A DNA stretch of 64,000 nt from Candidatus Anderseniibacteriota bacterium (GCA_021414205.1 JAIOOW010000002.1:404171-468170); one strand, 5' to 3'. Positions 38,339 through 50,184 are shown, counted from the stretch's first letter. The notes: generated from the letters alone by a model not told the origin. Program-made: numbers and translations.

Positions 38339-38980
38339 TTACTTTACCTCGACAGACGTAATCGTAATCGGATCGTTCGGCATATCGTTTGCATTGCGAG
38401 GGACAGAGACGATCGCATCCGCAACATCCATTCCAGATAATACTTTTCCGAATACAGAGTATCCACCGTCCAGACTTGCCGAATTATCCTTTACGTTGAT
38501 GAAGAATTGACTTCCGCCTGAATGCGGAGCTCCTGTATTTGCCATCGCGATCGTACCTCGAGTATTCGAAAGTCCATTCGAGAATTCGTCATCGATCGTA
38601 TATCCAGGCCCGCCCATACCGTATGACGAAACATCATCACCCTTCGTATTCGGATCCCCGGCTTGGATCATGAAATTCGGAATCACTCGGTGAAACTTTA
38701 CCCCGTTATAGAATCCTGCGCTTGCAAGCTTTAAGAAATTCGCAACGGTAACAGGGGCCTTGTCGGGATATAACTCAATAACAATATCGCCTTTTGTTGT
38801 GTGAAATGTTACTTGCGGAGCCCCAGTAGTAGGAATACTTGAAGCCTCTGCCGATGCAGATGGTATTGCTGACGGCTGACTTGTTTCTTGTTGCATAGGT
38901 TTTGATTGTGAAAAATAATAAACGGATCCCGCAATAAGTACTGCAAGAACAACGACTGGCAGAATAATCTGATTATTCAT
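38339..38980 (-). CDS. peptidyl-prolyl cis-trans isomerase, cyclophilin type, membrane-anchored
   Basis: FHRVIPNFMIQAGDP and cyclophilin core; N-terminal TM. Confidence 0.85.
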   Translation of the reverse strand: MNNQIILPVVVLAVLIAGSVYYFSQSKPMQQETSQPSAIPSASAEASSIPTTGAPQVTFHTTKGDIVIELYPDKAPVTVANFLKLASAGFYNGVKFHRVIPNFMIQAGDPNTKGDDVSSYGMGGPGYTIDDEFSNGLSNTRGTIAMANTGAPHSGGSQFFINVKDNSASLDGGYSVFGKVLSGMDVADAIVSVPRNANDMPNDPITITSVEVK

Positions 38981-38982
38981 AT

Positions 38983-40035
38983 CTATTTGCCTTCTAGCGT
39001 AGCCTTATCTTCAACTTCTACTGCTGCCCAGATAGCTTTTTCCAAATCTTTCGCAACCTTCGGATTCTGGCGGAGGAACATCTTTGCCGCCTCTCTACCC
39101 TGGCCAATCTTCTGATCGCCCATTGAAAGCCAGCTACCTGCTTTTTGAACCAGCTTATATTCAATAGCCTTGTCGATAATATCCCCTTCGTAGCTAATTC
39201 CTTCGTTATACATAATATCAAACTCTGCCACGCGGAACGGCGGAGCAACTTTATTTTTTACAATCTTCACATATGCACGGCTTCCGATGATTTTTTCTCC
39301 CATTTTAATCTGTGCGCGTCGGCGGATTTCCAATCGAACGGAAGAGTAAAACTTCAGCGCCTTTCCTCCTGTCGTCTCTTCTGGGTTTCCGAATACAATA
39401 CCAATCTTCATACGAATCTGGTTAATAAATATGACAGTTGTATTCGTTTTCGCAACAATGCCCGTTAATTTCCTCAATGCCTGTGACATGAGCCGCGCTT
39501 GCAACCCCATGTGCGAATCTCCCATTTCTCCTTCAATTTCTGCGCGAGGAGTAAGAGCCGCAACAGAGTCTACGACAATAAGGTCAACAGCTCCCGATTT
39601 CACCAGCGTTTCCACGATATCGAGTGCTTGCTCGCCGTTATCTGGCTGACTGATAAGCAAATCATTCAAGTTAACGCCTACGCGCTTTGCATACTGCGGA
39701 TCAAGCGCATGTTCAGCGTCCACATACGCAACAGTTCCGCCTTTTTTCTGACAGTTCGCCGTTATGTGCAGTGCGAGTGTAGACTTTCCGGAAGATTCCG
39801 GTCCATAAATCTCTACAATCCTTCCTCGCGGAACTCCGCCGATTCCAAGCGCAATATCGAGCGATACCGAGCCTGTTGGAATTGCATCGATATCTACTTT
39901 TTTAATTTCTCCCAAGCGCATAATAGCGCCTTCTCCGAACTTCTCTTTAATCATGTCGACTGCAGATCCTACTGCAATATCTCGATCGTCTTGTGCAGAC
40001 TGTTTCTCTTTTGTTTTGGTTGGTTCTGATGGCAT
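38983..40035 (-). CDS. recA: recombinase RecA
   Basis: [20 protein letters not shown] Walker A, L1/L2 loops, 350 aa. Confidence 0.95.
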   Translation of the reverse strand: MPSEPTKTKEKQSAQDDRDIAVGSAVDMIKEKFGEGAIMRLGEIKKVDIDAIPTGSVSLDIALGIGGVPRGRIVEIYGPESSGKSTLALHITANCQKKGGTVAYVDAEHALDPQYAKRVGVNLNDLLISQPDNGEQALDIVETLVKSGAVDLIVVDSVAALTPRAEIEGEMGDSHMGLQARLMSQALRKLTGIVAKTNTTVIFINQIRMKIGIVFGNPEETTGGKALKFYSSVRLEIRRRAQIKMGEKIIGSRAYVKIVKNKVAPPFRVAEFDIMYNEGISYEGDIIDKAIEYKLVQKAGSWLSMGDQKIGQGREAAKMFLRQNPKVAKDLEKAIWAAVEVEDKATLEGK

Positions 40036-40047
40036 ACAATAAGCGTA

Positions 40048-40710
40048 CTACTTTTCACGCAGTAAAAAAAGCTCTTTTACCGTCTGCCTGCCCGACGCAT
40101 TCGACACCACAACTTTCACCGGATTCATACCAATATGAAGGCTTAGTTGAGCTGTAAACGTAGCATCGCTTTGCAGAAGCACTTGCTGATCGTTAATCGT
40201 TAAATGAGCATCCTGCTCCGCTTTTCCAGCAACCGTAACATCGGGTCCATCTATAACGTGATTTGCCGGACTTGTAATACTTAAATCTGGAAACCTCCAA
40301 AACGATTGCACCTGCCATGCGATATATCCGCCGACAGAAAGGGCAATGCACAGCCCAAGCGCAATAATAACCAATCGAGGATTTAATAATCTATCAAACA
40401 ATCTATCCGGCGTCAGTAGCTTGAGCGGTACACGTGTACGAACAGAGGACAATGCTCGCAAAATCGCGCGCAAATCCTTTGCAGAATACACTCCTAAATA
40501 CTGTGCATATGACGTATATGCCCCTCGCGCATACAGCTCTGCAGAAAACACAGAGTAATCCTCTTCTTCGAGAGCGCGAAGTTGCACAACTGGAATATGA
40601 AGTTCCTCTGAAATACTCTCAAGAGAAACCTTGTGTAATGTTCTTTTTTTTAAAAGACGCTTACCTACCCCTGTATGATGCTCCCCCTTGCTTGATCGAA
40701 CGCCTACCAT
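40048..40710 (-). CDS. helix-turn-helix / RodZ-like membrane protein
   Basis: N-terminal HTH (GKRLLKKRTLHKVSLESISEEL), central TM, C-terminal DUF4115-like region. Confidence 0.55.
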   Translation of the reverse strand: MVGVRSSKGEHHTGVGKRLLKKRTLHKVSLESISEELHIPVVQLRALEEEDYSVFSAELYARGAYTSYAQYLGVYSAKDLRAILRALSSVRTRVPLKLLTPDRLFDRLLNPRLVIIALGLCIALSVGGYIAWQVQSFWRFPDLSITSPANHVIDGPDVTVAGKAEQDAHLTINDQQVLLQSDATFTAQLSLHIGMNPVKVVVSNASGRQTVKELFLLREK

Positions 40711-42980
40711 GATTCATCCTCCGGAAGCGGAGATGATTGTCGAGGAGGCTGCTCTTCTGCAACTTCTACCGGCATGCCAAAATTCGGAACCTGTTCTCCA
40801 TACCCCTCCTCAGGTTGAGAAAATACCTCCCTCGGCTTATTCCCTTCCTGCGGAGCAATGACGCCTGATTCCTCAAGCATGTCCAGTAGCCTCGCTGCTC
40901 GGGAGTATCCTACTCGAAGACGGCGCTGCAACAGCGATGCGCTTGCTTTACCGGATTCCAATACAATGCGCTTTGCATCTTCAAAGAGCACATCGTCCCC
41001 GGCATCGCCAGCTTCTCCGCTCCCACCATGCGCAGGAGTAACAATCGCATCATCAAATTCAAGCTCCATAGGATTCTTGTCTCGAATTTCTTGCACAACC
41101 TGGCGTACCTCTTCTTCCGAAATAAATCCGCCCTGCAAGCGGGTTGGCTTTGCGCGATCGCCAGGCAAGAACAGCATGTCTCCACTACCGAGCAATTTTT
41201 CCGCTCCCGCACCGTCTAAAATAGTTCTGGAATCGATTTGCGACGCAACGTTAAATGCGATTCTTGCAGGAACGTTCGCTTTGATAATTCCCGTAATAAC
41301 ATTTACTGACGGGCGCTGCGTTGCAAGCACTAAGTGGATACCAATAGCGCGCGCCATCTGCGCCAAACGCACAATCATCCCCTCAACATCGCGCGAATGC
41401 GTTGCCATTAAGTCTGCCAATTCATCAATGACAATCACGATCAGGGGCATAGCCTGTTCCGGATTATTCGCATTAAACGATGCTAAATTCCTGGAACCAT
41501 GCTCTGCCAAGAGGCGGTATCGTCGATCCATTTCTTTTACAGCCCACTTCAACGCATTTACCGTTTTATCAGGCTCCGTAATAACTGGGGTAAGTAAGTG
41601 AGGAATGTTATTGTACAGCGATAATTCTACACGCTTGGGATCAACCAATATCATGCGAACCAGTGCTGGCGAATTACGATACAGCAAAGATAAAATTAAC
41701 GTATTAATAAAAATAGACTTTCCAGATCCAGTAGCACCTGCAATGAGTAAGTGAGGCATCGACTCAATCGTTCCAACCTGAGGGGCACCAGAGACATCTT
41801 TCCCGAGAACGATTGTAAGGGGAGACTGGGCTTTCGTGAAATTCTTTGCAGTAAGAAGCTCTCGCAAACGAACGAGCGAAACGTTCTTATTTGGAATTTC
41901 GATACCAACTAAATTCGTATTTGGAATCGGAGCTTCGATACGAATCGGGTGCGCTGCAAGTGCGAGCGACAAGTCATTTTGCAATGCAGTAATGCGAGCC
42001 AATTTTATTCCCTCCTCGGGTCGAAGCGTATACTGCGCAACCGTAGGACCGACGCTGACCTTGCCCATCGTTACGTTAATACCGAATTTTTCAAGCGTAG
42101 ATTGGATCAGTTTTTTATTCGCCTCTACGTCTCCGCTATCCGCCTTGCTGATTGATGAGTGAAGCATTTCAACAGAAGGCGCAACATATGCCTTGTTCGC
42201 AGCCTTGCGCTGAGCGGCCATGCGTTCTTTTTGCTCCTGTTCGGCAGCGCGCTGCTCTTCTTGCAGCTTTAGTTGCTTCGGATCCGTTGCTGGCGCTGAA
42301 GAAATCCTTCTGCTCACTCGGAATAACGGTAACGCAGACTGCTCGCCATCTTCAGATTCTTCTTCGTCCGCCTCACCTTCTTCACCATCCTCAGGTTCTT
42401 TCTTTCCAGGAATTAGCGATAATATCCAATTTTTTACATCGCTCGGAGAAATATTAAATGTAAGAAATATTCCGACCACCAGCGCTCCCGCAAAAATAAT
42501 TCCCGACGCAATGGATGAAAATGCTTTGGAAAGCGGAAACACCAGCAAGAATCCGATCATTCCTCCGCCCCTTCCTTCAAGTGCTGCCTGGTACGCATCT
42601 TCCGTAGGAATTCCGACAAGATGAAACACGCCGAGCAATCCTAATGACAACAAAACGATTCCCACAATTCTCGTTCTCGGGAATAAATCTTCCTGAGGAC
42701 GAATACATAAAAAACCAACCGCAATTAATACAAACGGCACTAAGTATCCTAGAATTCCAAATGCATCGCGAAGGATAGACAAAATAACGCTTCCGGATGG
42801 GCCCGCCGCAGAAAAGAAGCTCAGTATAGCGATGAAGGCAAACAATATGCACAACACGCCAATAATTGCCTGGCGTGTTTCCGGCTTGAGCCAAGAAACG
42901 GACTTTTTCTTCCGCGAACGTGAAGAGAAGGGATTTAACCGCATACGCTGTATTGTAGCGTATTTTGGCAATTTTGGCAT
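40704..42980 (-). CDS. ftsK: DNA translocase FtsK/SpoIIIE
   Basis: N-terminal TM segments, acidic linker, motor domain with LLIAGATGSGKS Walker A, C-terminal winged-helix gamma domain. Confidence 0.9.
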   Translation of the reverse strand: MPKLPKYATIQRMRLNPFSSRSRKKKSVSWLKPETRQAIIGVLCILFAFIAILSFFSAAGPSGSVILSILRDAFGILGYLVPFVLIAVGFLCIRPQEDLFPRTRIVGIVLLSLGLLGVFHLVGIPTEDAYQAALEGRGGGMIGFLLVFPLSKAFSSIASGIIFAGALVVGIFLTFNISPSDVKNWILSLIPGKKEPEDGEEGEADEEESEDGEQSALPLFRVSRRISSAPATDPKQLKLQEEQRAAEQEQKERMAAQRKAANKAYVAPSVEMLHSSISKADSGDVEANKKLIQSTLEKFGINVTMGKVSVGPTVAQYTLRPEEGIKLARITALQNDLSLALAAHPIRIEAPIPNTNLVGIEIPNKNVSLVRLRELLTAKNFTKAQSPLTIVLGKDVSGAPQVGTIESMPHLLIAGATGSGKSIFINTLILSLLYRNSPALVRMILVDPKRVELSLYNNIPHLLTPVITEPDKTVNALKWAVKEMDRRYRLLAEHGSRNLASFNANNPEQAMPLIVIVIDELADLMATHSRDVEGMIVRLAQMARAIGIHLVLATQRPSVNVITGIIKANVPARIAFNVASQIDSRTILDGAGAEKLLGSGDMLFLPGDRAKPTRLQGGFISEEEVRQVVQEIRDKNPMELEFDDAIVTPAHGGSGEAGDAGDDVLFEDAKRIVLESGKASASLLQRRLRVGYSRAARLLDMLEESGVIAPQEGNKPREVFSQPEEGYGEQVPNFGMPVEVAEEQPPRQSSPLPEDESW

Positions 42981-43032
42981 AAAACAACAATCCCCGCGCT
43001 AGGCGGGGATTGCAGTATATTGCGTATGTATA

Positions 43033-46000
43033 TTATTCTGCTTTTTCTTCTGTAGGAGCCTCAGTAACTGCTTCTACTGCAACTTTCTCAGCTACAGGAG
43101 CATACTGGTTGAACGGCTTTCGGTATCCAACCCCTGCTGGAATTAAGCGACCGATAATAACGTTCTCTTTTAGACCCATCAAGTGGTCTTCTCGGCCTGC
43201 AACTGCTGCGTCAATTAACACGCGAGCTGTTTCCATGAAGGATGCTGCTGCTAAGAAGCTTTCTGTTGAAAGGGATACTTTCGTAATTCCCAAAAGCAAC
43301 CTATCTCCGTGCGCGGGCTTCTTTCCTTCAGATTCTGCCTGCGTATTTGCCGCAGATAGCTCTGACCATTCCACCACGCGGCCTGGAAGAAGCGATGTGT
43401 CTCCAGAATCCTGAATACGAATACGAGACAACATTTGTCGAACGATGATTTCCAAATGCTTATCGTTAATCGTTTCACCTTGGATTGCGTACACCTGCTG
43501 TACTTCCTTCAAGATGTAGCGCTGTACTGCTCGCACACCTGCTGCATCGTAGAGGCTCTGCACGTTCATGTGTCCATCTGTTAATTGCTGTCCTGCAATA
43601 ACCACATCTCCAGACTTTACGTTAAGTGTTACGTTCAATGGAATCATGTAATCCTTTCCTTCTTTCTTTCCTTGTACGGAAATCTTTACTTCGTCCTTGT
43701 CTTTCTTCACCGTAACTTCTCCATCAATCTCAGACATAATTGCTTCACCCTTAGGAATGCGGGCTTCGAACAATTCTTCTACTCGAGGAAGACCCTGAGT
43801 AATGTCGTCTCCAGACGCACCTCCGCTATGGAATGTTCTCATTGTAAGCTGTGTTCCTGGTTCTCCAATAGCCTGGGCTGCGATAACTCCAACAGCTTCT
43901 CCGATTGCAACCAATCGATTCTTACCCAAGTCCCATCCGTAACATACCTGACATACTCCTCGTGGAGCCAAGCACGATACAACGGATCGAATTGTGATTT
44001 CAGAAATATCGAGCTTGTCGATCTGAGCTGCTTTTTCAAGATCGATCAAATCGCCTTTCTTCATAATCACATCGCCAGTCTTTGGATCCTTAACTGCATC
44101 AGCTAGGTATCGACCAACGGATCGCTTTCCAAGCGTTGTTCCAACTTCTTCACTGTCCGCCTTCGTCATCAATGCACCTTCTTTGTCCTTACAATCTTCG
44201 AAGTGCACTACAACGTCTTGCGCAACGTTTACCAATCTTCGCGTTAAGTATCCTGCAGTTGCAGTACGAAGAGCGGTGTCGGCCATACCTTTGCGAGTTC
44301 CGTGCGTTGAAAGGAAGTACTCAAGAGCGTTGAACCCTTCTTTAAAGCTGCTCTTAATCGGAAGCTCCACTGCCTTACCAGTAGGACCTGCGACCGTACC
44401 TTTCATACCGACCATCTGGAGTGTCTGCCCCCAAGATCCTCGGGCTCCGGAGTTTACCATCGTGTATACGCTTCCGTTTGGATCGAATGCGCCTTTGGCA
44501 GCAACGGCCATCTCTTCACGAATCTGTTCCCAAACACTTACCACCATTCGGTATCGTTCGTCTTCAGTTAAGAGTCCATCATCGAATTGTCCGCGGATTT
44601 CTGCAACCCTCACTTCTCCCCTGCCTACGATTTCTGCTTTATCTTTCGGCGCAGTTAAGTCCATCATCCCCCAAGATAATCCAGACTTGGTTGCATTGTT
44701 GAATCCAAGCTTCTTCATGTCGTCCAAGAATACTGCGGTGCGATCCTGACCGTATACAGAAAGTGTCTTGCTTACGATTTTCTTGAGCTTCGATTTATCA
44801 AGCGCTTCGTTCTGGAACGCATCTTGATCTGGGCAAATCTCGAAGAACATTAATCGACCAAGCGTTGTTTTTACAAGCTCTTTATTGTCGACCGGATTTC
44901 GAACAGTAATCTCTGCATTCACTGCGAGCTCTCCCACCTCATACGCCATCATCGCTTCGCTCATTGATGCATATGCCTTACCTTCACCCTTCGCGCCAGC
45001 TTCAACGTTCGTCATGTAGTAGATACCAAGCACAATGTCCTGTGTTGCAGAAGTGGACGGCTGTCCATCAGCAGGCTTCAACAAATTGTGCGATGCCAAC
45101 ATAATCTCATCTGCTTCGTATCGAGCCTGAGAAGAGAGCGGTACGTGCACAGCCATCTGGTCTCCGTCGAAGTCGGCGTTGAATGGAGATGTTACCATCG
45201 GATGAATCTGAATAGCCTTACCTTCGATCAGTACTGGCTGGAATGCCTGAATACCTAATCGATGCAATGTCGGAGCACGATTCAATAATACTTTGTGTGT
45301 TCGAGTTACCTGTTCAAGTGAGTCCCATACTTCTGGAATTCCTTGTTCAATCAAACGGCTAGCAGATCGGATATTGTGCGCAAGCTCTCGCTCAATTAAT
45401 TCGTGAATAACGAATGGCTTGAAGAGTTCCAATGCCATAAGCTTCGGAAGTCCGCACTGATGCAATTGTAATTCAGGACCAACTACGATTACGGATCGGC
45501 CAGAGTAATCCACGCGCTTTCCGAGCAAGTTTTGACGGAATCGTCCTTGCTTACCCTTTAACATGTCTGCCAATGACTTTAGCTGTCGGCGTTGCCCTGT
45601 TGTATTAACAGTTGTTGAACCACGTCGAGCAGAGTTGTCGATTAAGGAATCAACAGCTTCTTGCAACATACGCTTTTCGTTTCGCGTAATAATTTCTGGA
45701 GCACCAAGTTCAAGTAATCGCTTTAATCGATTATTTCGATTGATTACTCGTCGGTATAAGTCATTCAAATCAGATGCAGCGAATCGTCCTCCATCTAATT
45801 GCACCATCGGACGGATATCTGGTGGAATAACAGGGAGTTGCGTTATGAACATCCATTCCGGACGAATCTTCGCATCAACCAATCCGCGAATAAGCGCTAA
45901 TCTTCGCATCACTCGCTTTTCTTTTGCAGCAGACGCTTCAACCAAATCTTCTTCCATTGATTTGATTTCTTGTTCCATATCCATCTTCTCAAAGATGGCG

Positions 46001-46740
46001 CGAATTGCTTCAGCACCAATTCCTGCAGTAAAGATGTGCCCGTACTTCAACGACAAATCTCGATATTCTACTTCAGAAATAATTGCGTGCTTTACAAGGC
46101 CTGTGATCTGGTCGATTGCAGCATCTTTTGCAGCATCGAGCTTATCAAGTTCGCTCTGCTCTTCTTCTGCAAGCGCTTCTTTCTTTTTATCTCGATCCTT
46201 TTCATCTTTTGGAACGCCGGCTCGAAGTTGTTTGTATCCATTCTTAATGGCTTCACGCTTAGAATCAGCTTCTCGGCCAAGTCGCTCAACTAATTCCTTC
46301 TTCTTATCCTCATCAACGCTCGTAATAATGTAAGACGCAAAGTAGACAACTTTTTCAAGTTTTCCTACGTTGATGTTCAAGAGAAGACCCATCTTCGAAG
46401 GCACGCCTCGCAAGAACCAAATATGAGACACCGGAGTTGCCAGCGTAATATGCGCCATGCGCTCACGTCGAACGATTGATCGAGTAACTTCCACACCACA
46501 CTTATCACACACGATTCCCTTGTAACGGATTCTGCGATATTTTCCGCAGTAACATTCCCAATCCTTTGTTGGGCCGAAAATTCTCTCGTCGAACAAACCG
46601 TCTTTTTCCGGTTTTTGTGTTCGGTAATTAATTGTTTCTGGTTTTGTAATTTCTCCATGCGACCATTCAAGCACAGCATCGGGAGATGCAAGCTTCAGCT
46701 TGATCGATGTGAAATCTGGTTTTTGTTCTTCGTAGTCCAT
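43033..46740 (-). CDS. rpoC: DNA-directed RNA polymerase subunit beta'
   Basis: NADFDGDQMAVHVP catalytic motif, zinc-binding Cys clusters, 1235 aa. Confidence 0.97.
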   Translation of the reverse strand: MDYEEQKPDFTSIKLKLASPDAVLEWSHGEITKPETINYRTQKPEKDGLFDERIFGPTKDWECYCGKYRRIRYKGIVCDKCGVEVTRSIVRRERMAHITLATPVSHIWFLRGVPSKMGLLLNINVGKLEKVVYFASYIITSVDEDKKKELVERLGREADSKREAIKNGYKQLRAGVPKDEKDRDKKKEALAEEEQSELDKLDAAKDAAIDQITGLVKHAIISEVEYRDLSLKYGHIFTAGIGAEAIRAIFEKMDMEQEIKSMEEDLVEASAAKEKRVMRRLALIRGLVDAKIRPEWMFITQLPVIPPDIRPMVQLDGGRFAASDLNDLYRRVINRNNRLKRLLELGAPEIITRNEKRMLQEAVDSLIDNSARRGSTTVNTTGQRRQLKSLADMLKGKQGRFRQNLLGKRVDYSGRSVIVVGPELQLHQCGLPKLMALELFKPFVIHELIERELAHNIRSASRLIEQGIPEVWDSLEQVTRTHKVLLNRAPTLHRLGIQAFQPVLIEGKAIQIHPMVTSPFNADFDGDQMAVHVPLSSQARYEADEIMLASHNLLKPADGQPSTSATQDIVLGIYYMTNVEAGAKGEGKAYASMSEAMMAYEVGELAVNAEITVRNPVDNKELVKTTLGRLMFFEICPDQDAFQNEALDKSKLKKIVSKTLSVYGQDRTAVFLDDMKKLGFNNATKSGLSWGMMDLTAPKDKAEIVGRGEVRVAEIRGQFDDGLLTEDERYRMVVSVWEQIREEMAVAAKGAFDPNGSVYTMVNSGARGSWGQTLQMVGMKGTVAGPTGKAVELPIKSSFKEGFNALEYFLSTHGTRKGMADTALRTATAGYLTRRLVNVAQDVVVHFEDCKDKEGALMTKADSEEVGTTLGKRSVGRYLADAVKDPKTGDVIMKKGDLIDLEKAAQIDKLDISEITIRSVVSCLAPRGVCQVCYGWDLGKNRLVAIGEAVGVIAAQAIGEPGTQLTMRTFHSGGASGDDITQGLPRVEELFEARIPKGEAIMSEIDGEVTVKKDKDEVKISVQGKKEGKDYMIPLNVTLNVKSGDVVIAGQQLTDGHMNVQSLYDAAGVRAVQRYILKEVQQVYAIQGETINDKHLEIIVRQMLSRIRIQDSGDTSLLPGRVVEWSELSAANTQAESEGKKPAHGDRLLLGITKVSLSTESFLAAASFMETARVLIDAAVAGREDHLMGLKENVIIGRLIPAGVGYRKPFNQYAPVAEKVAVEAVTEAPTEEKAE

Positions 46741-46752
46741 AGTGTGTGTGGG

Positions 46753-49700
46753 TTAGTTACTAGGCGCTTGATGTTCTCGAGGAGGCTCTGCAGGAGCTTC
46801 TGCTTTACCCACTAGTTCGACATCTAGTGATAATCCTTTCAATTCTTTCACCAATACATCGAATGCAGCAGGAGTGTGCGGCGGCTGAATTTGTCCTCCT
46901 TTTACAATCGTTTCGTATGTCTTGCTTCGTCCGGCAACGTCGTCTGACTTCACCGTCAAAATTTCTTGCAAGGTGTGAGCTGCTCCGTATGCTTCGAGCG
47001 CCCACACTTCCATCTCTCCAAAACGCTGTCCTCCGAATTGCGCCTTTCCTCCGAGAGGCTGCTGCGTAACAAGAGAGTACGGCCCTGTGGATCGCATATG
47101 GATCTTGTCTTCTACTAAATGATGAAGCTTTAAGATGTACATCACACCAACTGTTACTTTGCGATCGAACTTTACTCCGGACAATCCATCAAAGAGTTCC
47201 ACTTTTCCATCTTCCGGGATTCCAGCTTCCTTTAACTGTTCCTGAATTTCAGCTTCCGTTACTCCAGAGAATGCAGGAGATGCTGCGTGGAAGTCCAGCT
47301 TTGTAGCTGCCCACCCTAAGTGAGTTTCCAAAATCTGTCCGATGTTCATACGAGATGCAACACCGAGCGGGTTCAATACTACGTCAACAGGTGATCCATC
47401 TTCGAGATATGGCATATCTTCCTCTGCAACAATCTTTGCGATAACACCCTTGTTTCCGTGTCTTCCTGCAAGCTTGTCTCCAACCTGCAACTTTCTGAAC
47501 TGCGCAATGCTTACCTGGATTTGCTTAATAACTCCAGATGGAAGCTTATCACCGCCGTCACGAGAGAAGATCTTAATATCTACAACTTTTCCTCGTTCTC
47601 CATGCTGTAAGTACAACGACGTATCTTTTACATCCTTTGCCTTTTCACCGAAGATTGCGCGAAGCAATCTCTCTTCAGGAGTTAAGTCTGTCTCACCTTT
47701 GTTGGTAACTTTTCCAACCAAGATATCGCCAGATCGAACTTCCGCTCCGATTCGAATTACGCCCTCTTCATCAAGGTTTCGTAATTTTTCTTCGCTGACG
47801 TTCGGAATGTCTCGAGTTACAACTTCTGGCCCAAGCTTGGTATCGCGAACATCGATTGTAAAGTCTTCAATGTGAATTGAGCTAAATCGATCATCTTTAA
47901 CAACTCGCTGTGAAATCACAATGGCATCTTCAAAGTTGTTTCCGTACCATGGCACAAACGCAACAAGCAGATTTTGTCCGAGGGACAATTCTCCTTTATC
48001 TGTAGCAGATCCGTCTGCAATCAATTGGCCTTTTTCAACTTTGTCTCCGATCTTTACCAGTGGGTGCTGCGTCATTGCAGTTGATTGGTTGCTTCGCTGG
48101 AAGTTCTGCAATCGGTATACTCGGCTTGATCCATCCTTTGTGGATACGCGAATATGCGTTGCGTCCAATTCCGTAACTTCTCCATCAACATCGGATAACA
48201 CTACTTGTCCGGAATGATATGCACCGATAAATTCAAACCCTGTTCCAACTCGTGGAGCTTGCGGCTTCACGGAAGGTACTGCCTGACGTTGCATGTTTGA
48301 TCCCATGAGTGATCGCTGGGCATCGTCGTGCTCGATGAACGGAACCATACCAGCACCAAGCGATAGAGATTGCTGTGGAGCAATGTCCATATATTCGACT
48401 TCTTGTGCGGACACTTCCATGAATTGTCCTTGGCGAGCGCGTGTTTCAATACGCTCGTTCACGAACTTTTTATCTTTCGTAATCGGTTCAGCAGCTTGCG
48501 CAATAATACACTTGTCTTCTTGGTATGCATCCATGAACTCGATTTCATCCGTTACTTGCCCGTTCACAACTTTTCGATACGGAGTTTCAAGGAATCCATA
48601 TTCGTTCAATCGAGAATACATTGCCATATGGCCTACCAACCCGATGTTCGGACCTTCCGGAGTTTCTACCGGACAAATTCGACCATAATGGCTTCGGTGA
48701 ACGTCTCGAACTTCGAACCCTGCTCGGTTTCGATCAAGTCCTCCTGGCCCCATCGCATTCAAACGGCGCTTGTGCTCCACTTCTGACAATGGATTCGTCT
48801 GATCCATGAACTGAGACAGTTGAGAGCTTGTATAAAATTCTTTAATTGCAGCAATAATTGGTCGAGCGTTAATTAATTGAGACGGCGTCATACGCTCAAC
48901 TTCCATAGTACTCATGCGATCCTTTGCAATGCGCTCCATTCGTACCAAGCCGATACGGAACTTATTTTGGAGTTGCTCTCCCACCGGACGCACGCGACGA
49001 TTTCCCAAATGGTCGATATCGTCAGCCGGTTCTTGTGTGTTGTTCAAACGAATCACTTCTGCGATAACAGCAGTTAAGTCTTCAATACGAAGTGTTCGGT
49101 ATTCCGGAGTTTCTGGCACATCCAAGTTCAAGCGCTGATTAATTCTGTGACGCCCTACTTTTCCGAAATCGTATCGGTCAAATCGGAAGAACATGTCATG
49201 AATCATCTGCTTCGCGTTGGCAACCGTTGCCAAATCTCCTGGGCGAAGCCTCTTGTACACTTCTTTTAATCCTTCTGCCTGGTTCTTGGAAACGTCTTTT
49301 GCAAATGTCTGCTTGATATATTGCATTTCCGGATTCGTATCAACTTCAGCAAACAGCTTCGCAATCTCTTCGTTCGTTTCAACGCCCATAGCGCGAAGAA
49401 GGGCCGTTACTGCAACCTTACGCTTTCGATCAATCTTTACATAAATAGCACCATCGGATGCAGTTTCTAATTCCAACCAAGCCCCACGATTTGGAATTAC
49501 TTTTGCTCCATACCAATTTCGACCCTTACTTGTCGAAGAGGAGAAGAACACACCAGGGGATCGGATCAACTGAGATACGATAACTCGCTCAACTCCGTTG
49601 ATAATAAAAGTTCCTCGAGGAGTCATGATTGGGAACTCACCGAGGTATACTTCTTGCTCTTTTACTTCACCGGTTTTCTTATTTACAAATCGAACAGCGC

Positions 49701-50034
49701 ATCGAAGAGGCGCTTCATATGTTGCGTTGCGATCGCGAGCAGTTTCTTCTGTGTGCTTCGGAGTATCAAGGTAATGATCTACGAAATGAAGTTCGAGACT
49801 TTCGGAATGATCTTCAATCGGAGAAATCTCTTTAAAAAGTTCCGCTAATCCTTCTTCAAAAAACCAGGCGTTGGAATCTAATTGAATCTGAAGGAGATTA
49901 GGAACTTGCGCTACGAGCCCGGAATGTCCGGAGAACGTTTTACGGATACGAATTGGCTTGGGGAATTCTTCGCTCATGTAAGGATGATGAGTTAAAAAAT
50001 GATATATAACGTAAAAGGCACATCCCGCCTTCAT
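46753..50034 (-). CDS. rpoB: DNA-directed RNA polymerase subunit beta
   Basis: 1093 aa with conserved beta-subunit blocks (..GDKLAGRHGNKGV..); directly upstream of rpoC. Confidence 0.97.
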   Translation of the reverse strand: MKAGCAFYVIYHFLTHHPYMSEEFPKPIRIRKTFSGHSGLVAQVPNLLQIQLDSNAWFFEEGLAELFKEISPIEDHSESLELHFVDHYLDTPKHTEETARDRNATYEAPLRCAVRFVNKKTGEVKEQEVYLGEFPIMTPRGTFIINGVERVIVSQLIRSPGVFFSSSTSKGRNWYGAKVIPNRGAWLELETASDGAIYVKIDRKRKVAVTALLRAMGVETNEEIAKLFAEVDTNPEMQYIKQTFAKDVSKNQAEGLKEVYKRLRPGDLATVANAKQMIHDMFFRFDRYDFGKVGRHRINQRLNLDVPETPEYRTLRIEDLTAVIAEVIRLNNTQEPADDIDHLGNRRVRPVGEQLQNKFRIGLVRMERIAKDRMSTMEVERMTPSQLINARPIIAAIKEFYTSSQLSQFMDQTNPLSEVEHKRRLNAMGPGGLDRNRAGFEVRDVHRSHYGRICPVETPEGPNIGLVGHMAMYSRLNEYGFLETPYRKVVNGQVTDEIEFMDAYQEDKCIIAQAAEPITKDKKFVNERIETRARQGQFMEVSAQEVEYMDIAPQQSLSLGAGMVPFIEHDDAQRSLMGSNMQRQAVPSVKPQAPRVGTGFEFIGAYHSGQVVLSDVDGEVTELDATHIRVSTKDGSSRVYRLQNFQRSNQSTAMTQHPLVKIGDKVEKGQLIADGSATDKGELSLGQNLLVAFVPWYGNNFEDAIVISQRVVKDDRFSSIHIEDFTIDVRDTKLGPEVVTRDIPNVSEEKLRNLDEEGVIRIGAEVRSGDILVGKVTNKGETDLTPEERLLRAIFGEKAKDVKDTSLYLQHGERGKVVDIKIFSRDGGDKLPSGVIKQIQVSIAQFRKLQVGDKLAGRHGNKGVIAKIVAEEDMPYLEDGSPVDVVLNPLGVASRMNIGQILETHLGWAATKLDFHAASPAFSGVTEAEIQEQLKEAGIPEDGKVELFDGLSGVKFDRKVTVGVMYILKLHHLVEDKIHMRSTGPYSLVTQQPLGGKAQFGGQRFGEMEVWALEAYGAAHTLQEILTVKSDDVAGRSKTYETIVKGGQIQPPHTPAAFDVLVKELKGLSLDVELVGKAEAPAEPPREHQAPSN

Positions 50035-50184
50035 TTCATATGAAGGGATGCGCTAAAAACTATTGTCTACTTGGCTTGATTGATGATGCACACAAATCTT
50101 GCTCGTCAAAGACGATACTATAGAGTATAGAAGGTGTGCATAAGTATGTCAAGGCATTTAAGCCCTTTTTGGAGGAAATCAAGC